A stretch of DNA of 64,000 bases from Chloroflexota bacterium (GCA_030447525.1 JAUJOR010000001.1:299466-363465), one strand, 5' to 3'. Shown: positions 30,402-40,344, counted from the first letter of the stretch. The notes: a model not told the origin generated them from the letters alone. Program-made: numbers and translations.

Positions 30402-33017
30402 ACCCGGCTGGCCAGCGCCGCCCTGAACTACCACCTCGCCGTTCTCGCCGTGAGCGCCGGCGTGCTGGGGACCGGGGCCGGAGCGACCTGGGTCGCCTGC
30501 TGGCCACCGGGCTCGAGTCGGGACTCTCCCACCGCCCCGCCCGTACCCGGCGGCGGGGGCCGTGAGTGGGCTACCGGGGTGATGGCCGAGAACATCGCCC
30601 GGCGGCGCCTCGGCGCCCTGGCCGTTGGCACGGCCGGGGGCATCGCCGCCGTCGGGGCCGGGTTCGCCTGGGTGCCCCTGGGCCACCTGGGCGCCCCGGG
30701 GCTGCTGGCCCTGATCCTGGTCGCCTATCCCTTGCTGGCCGGGCCATACTTCTGCATTGGTGGGGCCGTGGCGCTGGCGCTGCGCACGTGGCCCCGCCTG
30801 GCCGGCCGGGCCTATGGGGCAGATCTCCTCGGTGCCGCTGCCGGCTGTCTCCTGGCCGTGCCAGTGATGGATGCCCTCGGGCCGCCCCTGGCCGTGTCCA
30901 TGGCCGCCTTCGCCGCCCTGGCCGGTGGCTTCCCGCTGCGCTGCCGGCGCGGGTCACCCCGCGAGGCCCCCCTGGCGCAGGGGGGCCTCGCGGCCCCAGT
31001 TGCCGCTCTCGCCGTCCTGGGCGGCGTCCTGTGGCCGGGTACGCCGAACGTCCTCCCCAACAAGCCCCTGGCCGTGTTCCTGGATGCCCGGCGGTTTCCA
31101 GGGGCGGGGCTGGAGCTCACGCGTTGGGATGCGACCTCTCGGGTAGACGTCTTTGTCGCCCCCGGGGCGTCGCTCCTCTGGCACCCGCCTTCTGAGGCGT
31201 CCGCGGGCGCCCCCGATGCTTTTGCACCCGGCGCCCCTCAGTGGGCGGGGCAGGCTCCAGGGGCGCGGCCGGTGGGGGCTCCCGAGATGCGGGAGGCTCC
31301 CGAGATGCGAGAGGCTCCCGAGATGCGAGAGGCTCCCGAGATGCGGGAGGCTCCCGAGATGCGGGGCATGACGATCGACGCCGACGCCCTGACCGCAGTC
31401 GTGCGCCTCCGGCCGGACCAGCGATTGCCGTTTGCCCGGCGTTTGCCGGCCAGCGTGGCCTACGCCCTCGCCCCGCGCCGGCGCGTCCTGGTCATCGGCC
31501 CCGGGGGCGGCGTCGACGTCGCCGCCGCCCTGGCGTACGGTGCCGAGCGAGTAGATGCCGTGGAGGTCAACCGGGGAGTCGCCCGGCTGATGCTGGGGCC
31601 CCTGGCAGACTTTAGCGGGGGCCTCTTCCTCGACCCGGCGGTGCGCCTGGTGGTGGACGAAGGGCGTACCTTTCTCCAGGCCTCGCCGCAGCGCTACGAC
31701 GCCATCGTCCTCACGGCGGTGGATAGCTGGGCGGCCCTGGCGGCCGGGTCCTACTCCCTGGCCGAGAGCTACCTGTACACCCGTGAGGCGATGGGCACGT
31801 ACCTTGATCGGCTGGGCGAGGGGGGCGTGCTGGCCATTAGCCGCTGGTACACCGCGCCCCCACGGGAGCTGCAGCGGCTGGCGCTGATGGCCGGCGACGT
31901 CCTGCAGGCCCGAGGCGTCCCACCGGCATCCGGGCGATTGCTCTTGAGGGCAGGGGACTTCGGGACGCTCATCGTCCGGCAGGGCCCCCTCACGCCGGAT
32001 GAGCTGGCTCGCGCCAGGGCCTTCGCCAAGGGCAATGGCTTCACCCTCTACGGCGGCGGCGGGCCCTCTGGCTTCCCCCAGCCGCCGTACCCTCCACCCG
32101 AGCCCTCCTCGCCGGGCCTCTTTGCGGGAGCTGCCCCGGCGGCTTTCCCGGATGGTACCGCTGGGGAGGCCTCCGGGACGGCTCCTGAGACGACGCCCAG
32201 GACGTTTCCGGCTGCCACGGACGACCGGCCCTTCTTCTTCGACTTCGTCCCTTGGTCAGACGTCCTGCGCGGGAGGGTTCCCCTGGCCACCCTGCCGCGG
32301 GGTCATGCCGTCCTGCTCCTGACGCTGGTGCAGGGGTTGTGCCTGGGCCTGGCCAGCGCCCTGCTGCCACGCCGGCGTCTCCCCGGATGGCTGGGGGCGC
32401 GGCCTGGGCTGCGCCTGGGGACGTACGCCGCTGCGGTTGGCCTGGGGTTCATGCTGGCGGAGCTCTCTCTCTTGCAGCGCCTTACCCTCCTACTGGGCCA
32501 ACCGGCCCTGTCGCTGGCGGTGACTTTGGGAGCGCTCTTGGGCGGGGCCGGCGCCGGCAGCGCCTTGTGGGCGCGATACTCGGGCCGGGTGGCGGCGCCG
32601 GCCTTGCTTGCGGGTGCCGCGGCGCTGCTCGCCGCGCACGCCGTGCTGCTGCCGGCGCTGTGGGGGCCGGCGCTGGCGTGGCCCCTGGCCGGCCGGATCA
32701 TTCTGGCCCTGGTGAGCCTGCTCCTCCCCGCCGTGTGCATGGGGCCGGCGCTGCCGGCAGGGGCGGCGGCGCTCGGGAGGAGTGACCCGCTGGTGCTCCC
32801 CTGGATGTGGGGCGTCAACGGGGCGGCCTCGGCCGCCGGGGCCGCCCTGGCGGTGATGCTGGCTATGGAGTGGGGACTGCGCGCCACGCTCCTCCTGGCA
32901 GGGGCCCTCTACCTCCTGGCCGCCGGCCTGCTGGCCGGCCATGGGACGGCGTCCGGCGCCGGGGCTGCGGGGGCTGCGGGGGCTGCGGGGGCTGCAGGAC
33001 TGGCGCCCATGCGGTAG
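30291..33017 (+). CDS. Multi-TM protein with central spermidine-synthase-like (class I SAM-fold) domain
   Basis: N- and C-terminal TM blocks (YGADLLGAA, WMWGVNG); VLVIGPGGG, VDAVEVN, DEGRTFL, ESYLYTREA, ATDDRPFFF. Confidence 0.85.
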   Translation: MTAVGSVSAARQADAPAGVLAGIFLLSLAGLLFQVALTRLASAALNYHLAVLAVSAGVLGTGAGATWVACWPPGSSRDSPTAPPVPGGGGREWATGVMAENIARRRLGALAVGTAGGIAAVGAGFAWVPLGHLGAPGLLALILVAYPLLAGPYFCIGGAVALALRTWPRLAGRAYGADLLGAAAGCLLAVPVMDALGPPLAVSMAAFAALAGGFPLRCRRGSPREAPLAQGGLAAPVAALAVLGGVLWPGTPNVLPNKPLAVFLDARRFPGAGLELTRWDATSRVDVFVAPGASLLWHPPSEASAGAPDAFAPGAPQWAGQAPGARPVGAPEMREAPEMREAPEMREAPEMREAPEMRGMTIDADALTAVVRLRPDQRLPFARRLPASVAYALAPRRRVLVIGPGGGVDVAAALAYGAERVDAVEVNRGVARLMLGPLADFSGGLFLDPAVRLVVDEGRTFLQASPQRYDAIVLTAVDSWAALAAGSYSLAESYLYTREAMGTYLDRLGEGGVLAISRWYTAPPRELQRLALMAGDVLQARGVPPASGRLLLRAGDFGTLIVRQGPLTPDELARARAFAKGNGFTLYGGGGPSGFPQPPYPPPEPSSPGLFAGAAPAAFPDGTAGEASGTAPETTPRTFPAATDDRPFFFDFVPWSDVLRGRVPLATLPRGHAVLLLTLVQGLCLGLASALLPRRRLPGWLGARPGLRLGTYAAAVGLGFMLAELSLLQRLTLLLGQPALSLAVTLGALLGGAGAGSALWARYSGRVAAPALLAGAAALLAAHAVLLPALWGPALAWPLAGRIILALVSLLLPAVCMGPALPAGAAALGRSDPLVLPWMWGVNGAASAAGAALAVMLAMEWGLRATLLLAGALYLLAAGLLAGHGTASGAGAAGAAGAAGAAGLAPMR
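31277..31366 (+). repeat. In-frame 18-bp tandem repeat x5 (APEMRE)
   Basis: GGCTCCCGAGATGCGRGA x5. Confidence 0.92.
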
Positions 33018-33570
33018 ACTTTCGTGTTGGGATCGCTCCGGGGGTGAACGCCACCCCGTAGGCTTAGCGGAGCGAGCCAGCAGCCAGTCCGGTACACCGT
33101 TGGTAACGGCCAGGGAACAACCGGCGGGCGATGGTGCCACTTGTGGCCCGCGCCTGCCAGGGGTCTCCCCGGACCCGGTACCGGCGGTCGGCGAGGAAGC
33201 GCCAGGTGGCGCCGGGTCACGCCCGGGGCCGCGCCGCGGAACGCTTCGCCGGCCGCTCGCCGTTCAGGCGGTGTGGGTCCGGACTGTTCCGCGGCCTGCG
33301 CCTGATGCCCACCAGGTGCGGCCGGGCGCTATTGGGTGGGCATTGGTGCGCCATTTCGGCGTACATCTGCACGAACCCTGACCGGCCGCTGGCTCCTACT
33401 TGGGCCTGCTTCACCCGTGGTCGTCTGCCTGCGGACGCGGCTCGGCCGCCGCCCGCGGGCTTGACGTCCGGCGGACAGGCTTGGGGCGCGATGCCGTCAC
33501 GTGTGACGGGTGGAAGCGCCACGCTCAACGCGCCGGTCAGATGGAGCTGTGCTGGGAGGTAGAGAGCCCC

Positions 33571-34080
33571 ATGCAGCACTTGGTCGTCGACGCCTTTGTC
33601 GACGATGCATCCCGCATCAGCGAGATCGAGCCGGTCTTCGATCTTCTGAACAGCCTGCCGGACGAGATCGGGATGACCAAGATCATCCAGCCCTACGTCT
33701 TCCGCTACAACGGAGTCGTGCCGGAGGACTGGGGGGTTACGGGCGTTGTCATCATCGCCGAGAGCCACATCAGCATCCACACGTTCCCGGAACACAAGCG
33801 CTTCCACATGGACGTCTTCAGCTGCAAGCCGTTCGATTCAGCCGAAGCAATGCGTATCATCGAGCAGCGGCTGGGCGTCACGCAGCGCGCCGCCGACGTC
33901 ATCCGCCGGCCTGTGCTCGGCGCAGAGGTGGAGGCAGCCGGCGAGCTCCACTGGCGTTTTCAACAGATGCCGACCTCGCTCAGCCCAACGTTGTCCGCCC
34001 CTTCAGTGACCCCGGCTGTGCCGAGCACGGCGGCGCTCGCACCGAGCGCGCGCGAGCGAGACCTGGTAGGTGCCCGCTAG
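33571..34080 (+). CDS. speD: Pyruvoyl-dependent S-adenosylmethionine decarboxylase proenzyme (class 1B)
   Basis: GGGAGG SD; GVTGVVIIAESHISIHTFPE self-cleavage motif, DVFSC. Confidence 0.88.
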   Translation: MQHLVVDAFVDDASRISEIEPVFDLLNSLPDEIGMTKIIQPYVFRYNGVVPEDWGVTGVVIIAESHISIHTFPEHKRFHMDVFSCKPFDSAEAMRIIEQRLGVTQRAADVIRRPVLGAEVEAAGELHWRFQQMPTSLSPTLSAPSVTPAVPSTAALAPSARERDLVGAR

Positions 34081-35233
34081 CGATCACGCCGCCCTGTACG
34101 GGTCGGGCCCTACCTTCGCCGCCCTGCCGCCCGAGTCGTCTCGCTACGAGACGGCCCGGGCGGTCGTACTTTCCGTGCCCTACGACGCCACCACCACGTA
34201 TCGCGGTGGGGCTCGTGACGGCCCGCGGGCGATCATAGATGCCTCTCGCGAGATGGAGCTCTACGATGTGGAGCTGGAGTGCGAGATCGCCGGCGTCGGC
34301 ATCCACACCACACCCGCGCTGGAACCGCACCTCGGCGATCCGGCGCAGATGGTTGAGCGCGTGCGGCAGGCCGTGGGCCCCCTCCTGGCCGACGGGAAGC
34401 TCCCCATCTTGCTGGGCGGGGAGCACACCTTGACCGCCGGAGCCATCGTAGCCTGTGCCGCCGCCTGGCCGGATCTGGCGCTGCTGTATGTAGACGCCCA
34501 CGCCGACGTCCGCGGGCCCTATCTGGGGGCGCGGTACAACCACGCCAGCGCCCTGCGTCTGGCCCTGGAAGACGCCCCCCTGCGGGGGAGCGGGCGGGGG
34601 GCGCTGGGGGAAGCTTTCTCGGCCACCTCGCCGATTGGGAGTCAAGCCCCAGCCGGATCACCGGCGCCCTCGCCGCGCAGCGGGGTGGTGGCCTGCGGCG
34701 TCCGCAGCATGGCCCAGGAAGAGGCCACGTACATCAAGGACACCGGCCTGCCCGTGGTCGGCGCCGAGCGGGTAGCGGCGGCGCGCCGCGCCGGCCCCGG
34801 CGCCCTAGAGGGCCTGTGGGCGGAGACGCTGGCGTACCTTGGGCCACCCGGGCGCCCGCTGTACATCAGCGTCGACCTGGACGCCTTTGATACCGGGATC
34901 ATGCCGGCGGTGGGTACACCCGAGCCAGGGGGCCTGGACTGGTACGAGGTGCTGGGCCTGCTCCGCGCCGCCTCCCGCCGGCATCCGATCGTCATGGCGG
35001 ACGTGATGGAGCTGTCCCCGGGTGAGGGGCCAGTGGCCTGCGCCTTCACGGCCGCCAAGCTGGCCTACAAGCTCATCGGGTACGCCCTGGTCGCCCCGGA
35101 CCGTGCCCACCCGGCGCCCCGTACGGGCGCCCTGCCCCAGGGTGCTAGCGCCCGGCAGGGCCCCAGACATGGCGCGGAGGGTGTAGCCGAAGGCGCAGCG
35201 CCGCCGCCGGAGAACAGCGCTCTGGAGCGCTAA
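34070..35233 (+). CDS. speB: Agmatinase (ureohydrolase family)
   Basis: VPYDATT, GARDGP, GGEHT, DAHAD, SVDLDAFD, GTPEPGG. Confidence 0.92.
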   Translation: MPASDHAALYGSGPTFAALPPESSRYETARAVVLSVPYDATTTYRGGARDGPRAIIDASREMELYDVELECEIAGVGIHTTPALEPHLGDPAQMVERVRQAVGPLLADGKLPILLGGEHTLTAGAIVACAAAWPDLALLYVDAHADVRGPYLGARYNHASALRLALEDAPLRGSGRGALGEAFSATSPIGSQAPAGSPAPSPRSGVVACGVRSMAQEEATYIKDTGLPVVGAERVAAARRAGPGALEGLWAETLAYLGPPGRPLYISVDLDAFDTGIMPAVGTPEPGGLDWYEVLGLLRAASRRHPIVMADVMELSPGEGPVACAFTAAKLAYKLIGYALVAPDRAHPAPRTGALPQGASARQGPRHGAEGVAEGAAPPPENSALER

Positions 35234-35240
35234 CGCCGGT

Positions 35241-35296
35241 CTGACAGGGCGACGCTATCAGGGTCACCCTATCAGGGTCACCCTATCAGGGTCACC
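35241..35296. repeat. 14-bp tandem repeat (3 exact + 1 degenerate)
   Basis: CTATCAGGGTCACC x3 at 35255-35296, preceded by CTGACAGGGCGACG. Confidence 0.88.
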
Positions 35297-35320
35297 CCCA
35301 GGCGGAGCGCTTGGGCAAGG

Positions 35321-35530
35321 CTAGGCCTCGAGCTGAACGCGTACGGCGCGTTGACCGCGCCCGCGGGTGTCCTGCTCGATGTCGAACGTGACGGCCTGCC
35401 CCTCTTGAAGATTATCGAACGGGTACCCGGTCATCCCCGTGGCGTGGAAAAAGACCTCCTGGCCGTTCTCCATGCGGATGAAGCCGAACCCGCGATCCCG
35501 CACGATGCGGACGATTGTCCCTCGATTCAC
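35321..35530 (-). CDS. Cold-shock domain protein
   Basis: RGFGFI (RNP1), VFFH (RNP2), LQEGQAVTF; GGAGG before GTG at 35530. Confidence 0.93.
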   Translation of the reverse strand: MNRGTIVRIVRDRGFGFIRMENGQEVFFHATGMTGYPFDNLQEGQAVTFDIEQDTRGRGQRAVRVQLEA

Positions 35531-35747
35531 GACCGGCGCCTCCTGCACACTTGTGTTCCGGCAGCCCGCTGATCGTCACCGGATCCCGTGCCGGCGCCTG
35601 CGTGCTGACGGCCGTTTTGGATCGCATCTGCGGCTCGATCCTCACCGGCGGTCCCTGGACGCACCGGCCGGAGAAACGGCCCGGGGCGCCAGGTGCACGT
35701 AGAAGTATACGCCCCTCATCAAGGGGCGGCCTCATCAAGGGCCGCGC

Positions 35748-36488
35748 TCAGGCCGCGCTTGGTCCACCGGGCAGGGGCCCTACCGGCTGCACCCGGCGCC
35801 CCGATGGAGGAACTCCCAGGGCGGCGTCAACCTCCCAGCGCCGCGAAACTAACGACAGGGAGTAGTTAATCAAGAAGTAGATGCAGGCGCAGACGAACAA
35901 TGACTGGAGCGGATTGACCTCGCTCTGATAGATCAGCTGCCCCCGGCGGGTCAGCTCCCCCACCCCGATCACGGCGGCCAGGGACGTGTCCTTGATCAGT
36001 GTGATGATCTGGCTTACCTGGGGGGGCACCACCCGCCGTGCCGCCTGGGGAAAGACGATGTAGCTCAACGTCTGCCGGTAGTCCAGGCCCAGGGATCGCG
36101 CCGCTTCCCACTGGCCGCGCCCGATGGAGGTGATTCCGGCGCGCATGATCTCGGCGTTGATCGCGCCGGTGTACAGGGTGAGCGCCAGCGTCCCGGCGCC
36201 AAACGGGCTGAGACCCAGCCCCGCCCGGGCGGCACCAAAAAAGATGAAGAAGATCAGGAGCAGCACCGGCAAGGCGCGGACCGTCTCGACAAAGACTACC
36301 GCCGGGTAGCGCAAGAAGGGGAGGCGCGACATCCGGCACAGGGCCAGGAACAGCCCCAGCGCCAGGCTGCCGATGATGGCGATGGCCGCCATGGACAGGG
36401 TGATCTGCAGACCCGTCCAGATAAACTGCCAGATCGCCGGCTCCAGGAATGGGGCCCAGCGCCGTGGCTCGAAGAACGCTTGCATCAC
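35748..36488 (-). CDS. Polar amino-acid ABC transporter permease
   Basis: AEIMRAGITSIGRGQWEAARSLG, IKDTSL. Confidence 0.93.
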   Translation of the reverse strand: MMQAFFEPRRWAPFLEPAIWQFIWTGLQITLSMAAIAIIGSLALGLFLALCRMSRLPFLRYPAVVFVETVRALPVLLLIFFIFFGAARAGLGLSPFGAGTLALTLYTGAINAEIMRAGITSIGRGQWEAARSLGLDYRQTLSYIVFPQAARRVVPPQVSQIITLIKDTSLAAVIGVGELTRRGQLIYQSEVNPLQSLFVCACIYFLINYSLSLVSRRWEVDAALGVPPSGRRVQPVGPLPGGPSAA

Positions 36489-36581
36489 GGAGATCCTGCG
36501 CCCTTGGTCCTGAGCGCTCCTCCTCGTCTGGGGCAGCCTGGACGAGGGCGGAACGGCATGGCTCTGGCAAAGACCGAGGGC

Positions 36582-37298
36582 CTATCGGTAGCGCGTCAGG
36601 CGCCGCTCCAGCAGACCCACCAGCGCCCCCATGGGGAGGGTGAACACCAGGTAGCACAGCCCGACGAAGCCGTAGATCTCGTACGTCGCAAAGGTACGTG
36701 AGTTGATGATCTGGGCGTTATAGAGCAGCTCGGCGACGGCGATGCTGCTGGCCAGGCTAGTGTTCTTGAACAGGGCGATGGACAAGTTTCCCAGGGGGGG
36801 CACCGTGGCCGCAATGGCCTGGGGGAGGACAACGTAGCGCATGCCCTGCCCGAAGCTCATCCCCAGGGAGCGGGCGGCCTCGGACTGGCCACGGTCCACC
36901 GCCAGGATGCCGGACCGGATGGCCTCGGTGACGAAGGCCCCGGTATAGACGCCTAGGGCCAAAAACGCCGCCGTAAAGGCCGGCAGACGCACGCCAACGG
37001 TGGGGAGTCCAAAGTAAGCGAAAAACGTCTGCACCAGCAAGGGCGTGTTGCGCACGAACTCGACGTACGCCGTGCCCACGAAGCGCAAGGGACGCACCGG
37101 CACGCTGCGCAAGATGGCGAAGACGACCCCCAAGGCCAGGGCCAAGACCAGCGCCAGCAGGGCCAGCTGCACCGTGGCCAGCATTCCACTCAGCAGAAAG
37201 GGCAGGTTGGCGAGCACCGCCGTCCCGAAGGGGGGCGGGGCCCCGCCGCCGGCCAGGGCTGTAGGTGTGGCCTGGAGCATCGTCACATCCGCCGACAA
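36582..37298 (-). CDS. Polar amino-acid ABC transporter permease
   Basis: YVEFVRNTPLLVQ, GQSEAARSLG, KNTSLA. Confidence 0.93.
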   Translation of the reverse strand: MSADVTMLQATPTALAGGGAPPPFGTAVLANLPFLLSGMLATVQLALLALVLALALGVVFAILRSVPVRPLRFVGTAYVEFVRNTPLLVQTFFAYFGLPTVGVRLPAFTAAFLALGVYTGAFVTEAIRSGILAVDRGQSEAARSLGMSFGQGMRYVVLPQAIAATVPPLGNLSIALFKNTSLASSIAVAELLYNAQIINSRTFATYEIYGFVGLCYLVFTLPMGALVGLLERRLTRYR

Positions 37299-37374
37299 GA
37301 CGCCCCGCCGGGGCGCTCCTTTACTGGGTACTGGGCCGGTCCTTACCGAGGCGCTCCCTTACCGCCGCGATCCT

Positions 37375-38259
37375 TTACTGGGGCGGTTCGGGGACGGGGC
37401 CGAACTTACCCAGCCACTGCTGGTAGATGGCCTTCCAGCGCCCATTCCCCTTGATCCTCGCCAGCACCCCGTTGGTGAACTCGGTGAAGCCGGTGCTGGT
37501 CTTGGCGATCCCCAGGCCGTACGGCTCGTCGGTGAACTTGCCGCCGACCAGCTTGAGGCTGGGATCCTGGTCGGCGAAGCCGGCGAGGATGACGTCGTCC
37601 GTGCTGACGGCGTCGACACGGCCCTGCTGCAGGGCGGTGACGCACTCGGCGTAGCCGGGAAAGAGCACCTTCTGCACGGTGGGGGCGAACTTGGTGATGT
37701 TCTGCTCGCTGGTCGAGCCGGCGGCCGAGCAGATCGTCCGCTCCGGCCGGTCCAGATCCTGGATCCGGGCCACGGTGCTGTCCCGCTTCACCAGGAGCGT
37801 CTGCCCGGCCATGTAGTAGACGTCGGAAAAGTCGATCTGCTCCTTGCGCGCGTCGGTGATCGTCATAGTGGCGGCGACGATGTCCACGCCACCTTCTTGC
37901 AGGATGGGGATGCGCTGGGCGGAGGTGACCGGCTTCAGCTCCAGCCGCGCCGGGGAGGCGTCGCCGTTAAAGAGGGCCTTGGCCACCTCCCGGACGATGT
38001 CTACGTCGAAGCCTTCCAGCTGGTTGCTGCGCGGACTTAGGTAGCCGAACAGGGGCTGGTCCTGCTTGACCCCGGCCACCAGCCGGCCGCGCTGGACGAT
38101 CCTGGCCATGTAGCTGCCGGACGCAAAGGCCGGCACCGCCGTGCCCGCAGGCAGTCCGGCCGGCGCGGCCGACCCACCGCTCTGTCCACAGCCCGCCACG
38201 GCCACCACCAGGGGCAGGCCCCCCACGCCGCGCAAGAGCGCGCGTTTCGGTAGGCGCAT
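37375..38259 (-). CDS. Polar amino-acid (glutamate-type) ABC solute-binding lipoprotein
   Basis: GAGGAGG SD; lipobox VAGC; GVKQDQPLFG, GFDVD, TMTITDARK, DAVSTDD. Confidence 0.92.
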   Translation of the reverse strand: MRLPKRALLRGVGGLPLVVAVAGCGQSGGSAAPAGLPAGTAVPAFASGSYMARIVQRGRLVAGVKQDQPLFGYLSPRSNQLEGFDVDIVREVAKALFNGDASPARLELKPVTSAQRIPILQEGGVDIVAATMTITDARKEQIDFSDVYYMAGQTLLVKRDSTVARIQDLDRPERTICSAAGSTSEQNITKFAPTVQKVLFPGYAECVTALQQGRVDAVSTDDVILAGFADQDPSLKLVGGKFTDEPYGLGIAKTSTGFTEFTNGVLARIKGNGRWKAIYQQWLGKFGPVPEPPQ

Positions 38260-38334
38260 TGTTGACTCGTTCCTCCTCATTCGCTGATACACCGTCCCCA
38301 GTGGACGGCATTGCCCATGCCGTGAGCACAAGAG

Positions 38335-38413
38335 CCTTGTGACACCCGAGCTGACGTCTCTCGATAGGTCTCCCAGGTTGGGATCTGCCGCAGGACTGCC
38401 GGAGAATTGTACT
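38335..38413 (-). other. Conserved 79-nt non-coding element, copy 2 (upstream of amino-acid SBP gene)
   Basis: 59/79 identical without gaps to 11513-11591; begins with a TACAAT -10-like box. Confidence 0.7.
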
Positions 38414-38615
38414 GGCGCCCCCACTCACCGCCTGCCCTCAGGAGAGTCCATGCCGGACTCTGGGGGCAGGCGCGAGTTGCCGAGCAGGGCCCTCATGGAC
38501 CCTAGAGGCCAACCCGGCCATGCGTCAAGAGGGGCATAGTCGTCCTGGGTGCGGGGGGCGCCGGCAAGGGGTACCGTGGGGCGTACGGCGGGGTGCAGGG
38601 ACGGGATGGGGCCCC

Positions 38616-39398
38616 TCAGTGGGTGAGGATCTTGCTGAGGAACTGCCGCGTGCGCTCCTGCTGCGGCCGGGCAAAGAAGTCCGCCGGTGGGGCCTCCTCG
38701 ACCACGACGCCGCCGTCCATGAACATCACGCGCGAGGCCACTTCCCGGGCGAAGCCCATCTCATGGGTGACCACTACCATGGTCATGCCGTCACGTGCCA
38801 GGCCGCGGATGACGTCAAGCACCTCGTTGATCATCTCTGGGTCGAGGGCTGAGGTCGGCTCGTCGAAGAGCATGATGCGTGGGCTCATCGCCAGCCCGCG
38901 GGCGATGGCGACGCGCTGCTGCTGCCCCCCGGAGAGCTGCCCCGGGTAGACTCCGGCCTTGTCCGGGATGCCGACGCGCTCCAAGAGAGCATGCGCCGTC
39001 TTCTCTGCTTCCCCCCGCGAGACACCCTTCACCTTTTGCGGGGCCAGGGTGATATTGTCCAGCACCGTCAGGTGGGGGAACAGGTGGAACTGCTGGAACA
39101 CCATGATGATCTGGGCGCGTAGCTGGTTGACGTTCGTCTTCGGGTCGTGCACCGCCTGGCCATAGACGTACACCTGGCCGCTGTCAATCGTGTCCAGGCG
39201 GTTGATGCAGCGTAGGAGCGTGCTTTTCCCTGAGCCGCTGGGGCCACAGATGACCACCACGTCGCCGGGGGCGACGCTCCCGGAGATGCCTTTGAGCACC
39301 TCCAGCCGCCCAAAGCGCTTGTGCACCGCGTCGAAGACGATGGCGGCATCCGTAGTTGCAGGCGAGGCGATGGGCTTCGCGTCAGCGCTCGTCGCCAC
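38616..39398 (-). CDS. Polar amino-acid ABC transporter ATP-binding protein (GlnQ-like)
   Basis: [41 protein letters not shown]. Confidence 0.95.
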   Translation of the reverse strand: MATSADAKPIASPATTDAAIVFDAVHKRFGRLEVLKGISGSVAPGDVVVICGPSGSGKSTLLRCINRLDTIDSGQVYVYGQAVHDPKTNVNQLRAQIIMVFQQFHLFPHLTVLDNITLAPQKVKGVSRGEAEKTAHALLERVGIPDKAGVYPGQLSGGQQQRVAIARGLAMSPRIMLFDEPTSALDPEMINEVLDVIRGLARDGMTMVVVTHEMGFAREVASRVMFMDGGVVVEEAPPADFFARPQQERTRQFLSKILTH

Positions 39399-40344
39399 GG
39401 CAGAGGGCCTCCTGCAGCTGGGGAAGGTTCTCGAAGACGTAATCCGGTTGCGTGGGGCTGGCGGCGAGGTCGGCCCGCTGGGCCACCCCGGTAAGCACCA
39501 GGATCGTGGTCACCCCGGCCCGTTGCCCGGCGAGGATGTCTGTCAGCAGGCCGTCACCCACGATAGCCGTCTCGGCCGGCGACGCTCCAATGCGCTGCAT
39601 GGCGACCTCGAGCATCGTGGCCGCCGGCTTGCCGACCACCATCGGGCTGACTCCGGTGGCGGCCTGCAGGTAGGCCAGGGTGGCCCCGTTCCCCGGCAGA
39701 AATCCCCCCTCGGTGGGGAGCGATAGGTCAGGGTTGGTGGCGATCAACCGCGCCCCGGCGCGAATGGCAAGGCAGGCCCGCTGCAATCGCTCATAGGTCA
39801 GGCGCCGGTCGAGGCCGCAGACGACCACCTCCGGTTCGCGGTCAACCAGGCGAAAGCCGTGTCCCAGCAGGGCCCGCACCAGGCCCTCTTCCCCGATGGC
39901 CATGACCCGGGCCCCCGGCGCCAGGTACCCCTGCAAGTACACCGCCGTCGCTTCAGAGGAGGTCAGCACTCCCTCCGGCCCCACGGCTATTCCCATGCCC
40001 GCGAGCTTGGCGGCGTACTGGTCGGCCGAGAGGGTGGAGTTGTTGGTGATGCACTGGCAGCGGCGCCCGCTGCGGCGCAGATAGCTGAAGAACTCGGCTG
40101 CCCCCGGCAAGGCGGTGCTCCCGGTGTAGACGACGCCGTCCAAGTCGAGCAGGATGGCGCGCAGGGCGCTCAGCGAGAGGGCCGAGCCGGGGCGTGACCT
40201 GTCGCCGCCACCGCCGGCGGGTGCGGTGCTGACGCTGCGGGCGTGCCTGATAGGAGATGCGGTATCGGCGTCCACGGGCCGGGAGAGTCTAGCACCCGGC
40301 GCCGCCGGCGGACGGACAAGGGGGCAGGCCGCGCTCGACGTCAC
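39382..40344 (-). CDS. HAD-IIA (NagD-like) phosphatase
   Basis: [29 protein letters not shown]; true start probably downstream of 40344. Confidence 0.9.
   Translation of the reverse strand: MTSSAACPLVRPPAAPGARLSRPVDADTASPIRHARSVSTAPAGGGGDRSRPGSALSLSALRAILLDLDGVVYTGSTALPGAAEFFSYLRRSGRRCQCITNNSTLSADQYAAKLAGMGIAVGPEGVLTSSEATAVYLQGYLAPGARVMAIGEEGLVRALLGHGFRLVDREPEVVVCGLDRRLTYERLQRACLAIRAGARLIATNPDLSLPTEGGFLPGNGATLAYLQAATGVSPMVVGKPAATMLEVAMQRIGASPAETAIVGDGLLTDILAGQRAGVTTILVLTGVAQRADLAASPTQPDYVFENLPQLQEALCRGDER

Noticed and set aside
33041..33065. c-di-AMP riboswitch or tmRNA start (GGGGTGAA...CCCGTAGGC)
   Set aside because: The motifs are too close together and form a simple hairpin; the other consensus elements are absent.
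33100..33145. SAM-I/SAM-IV riboswitch (CAACC...GGTGC) upstream of speD
   Set aside because: Lacks the ATC..GAG, GAGGGA kink-turn and GCAACC context; kept only as an unclassified structured leader.
35241..35296. Possible CRISPR or iteron array
   Set aside because: 14-bp head-to-tail units without spacers; no rep or cas gene nearby.
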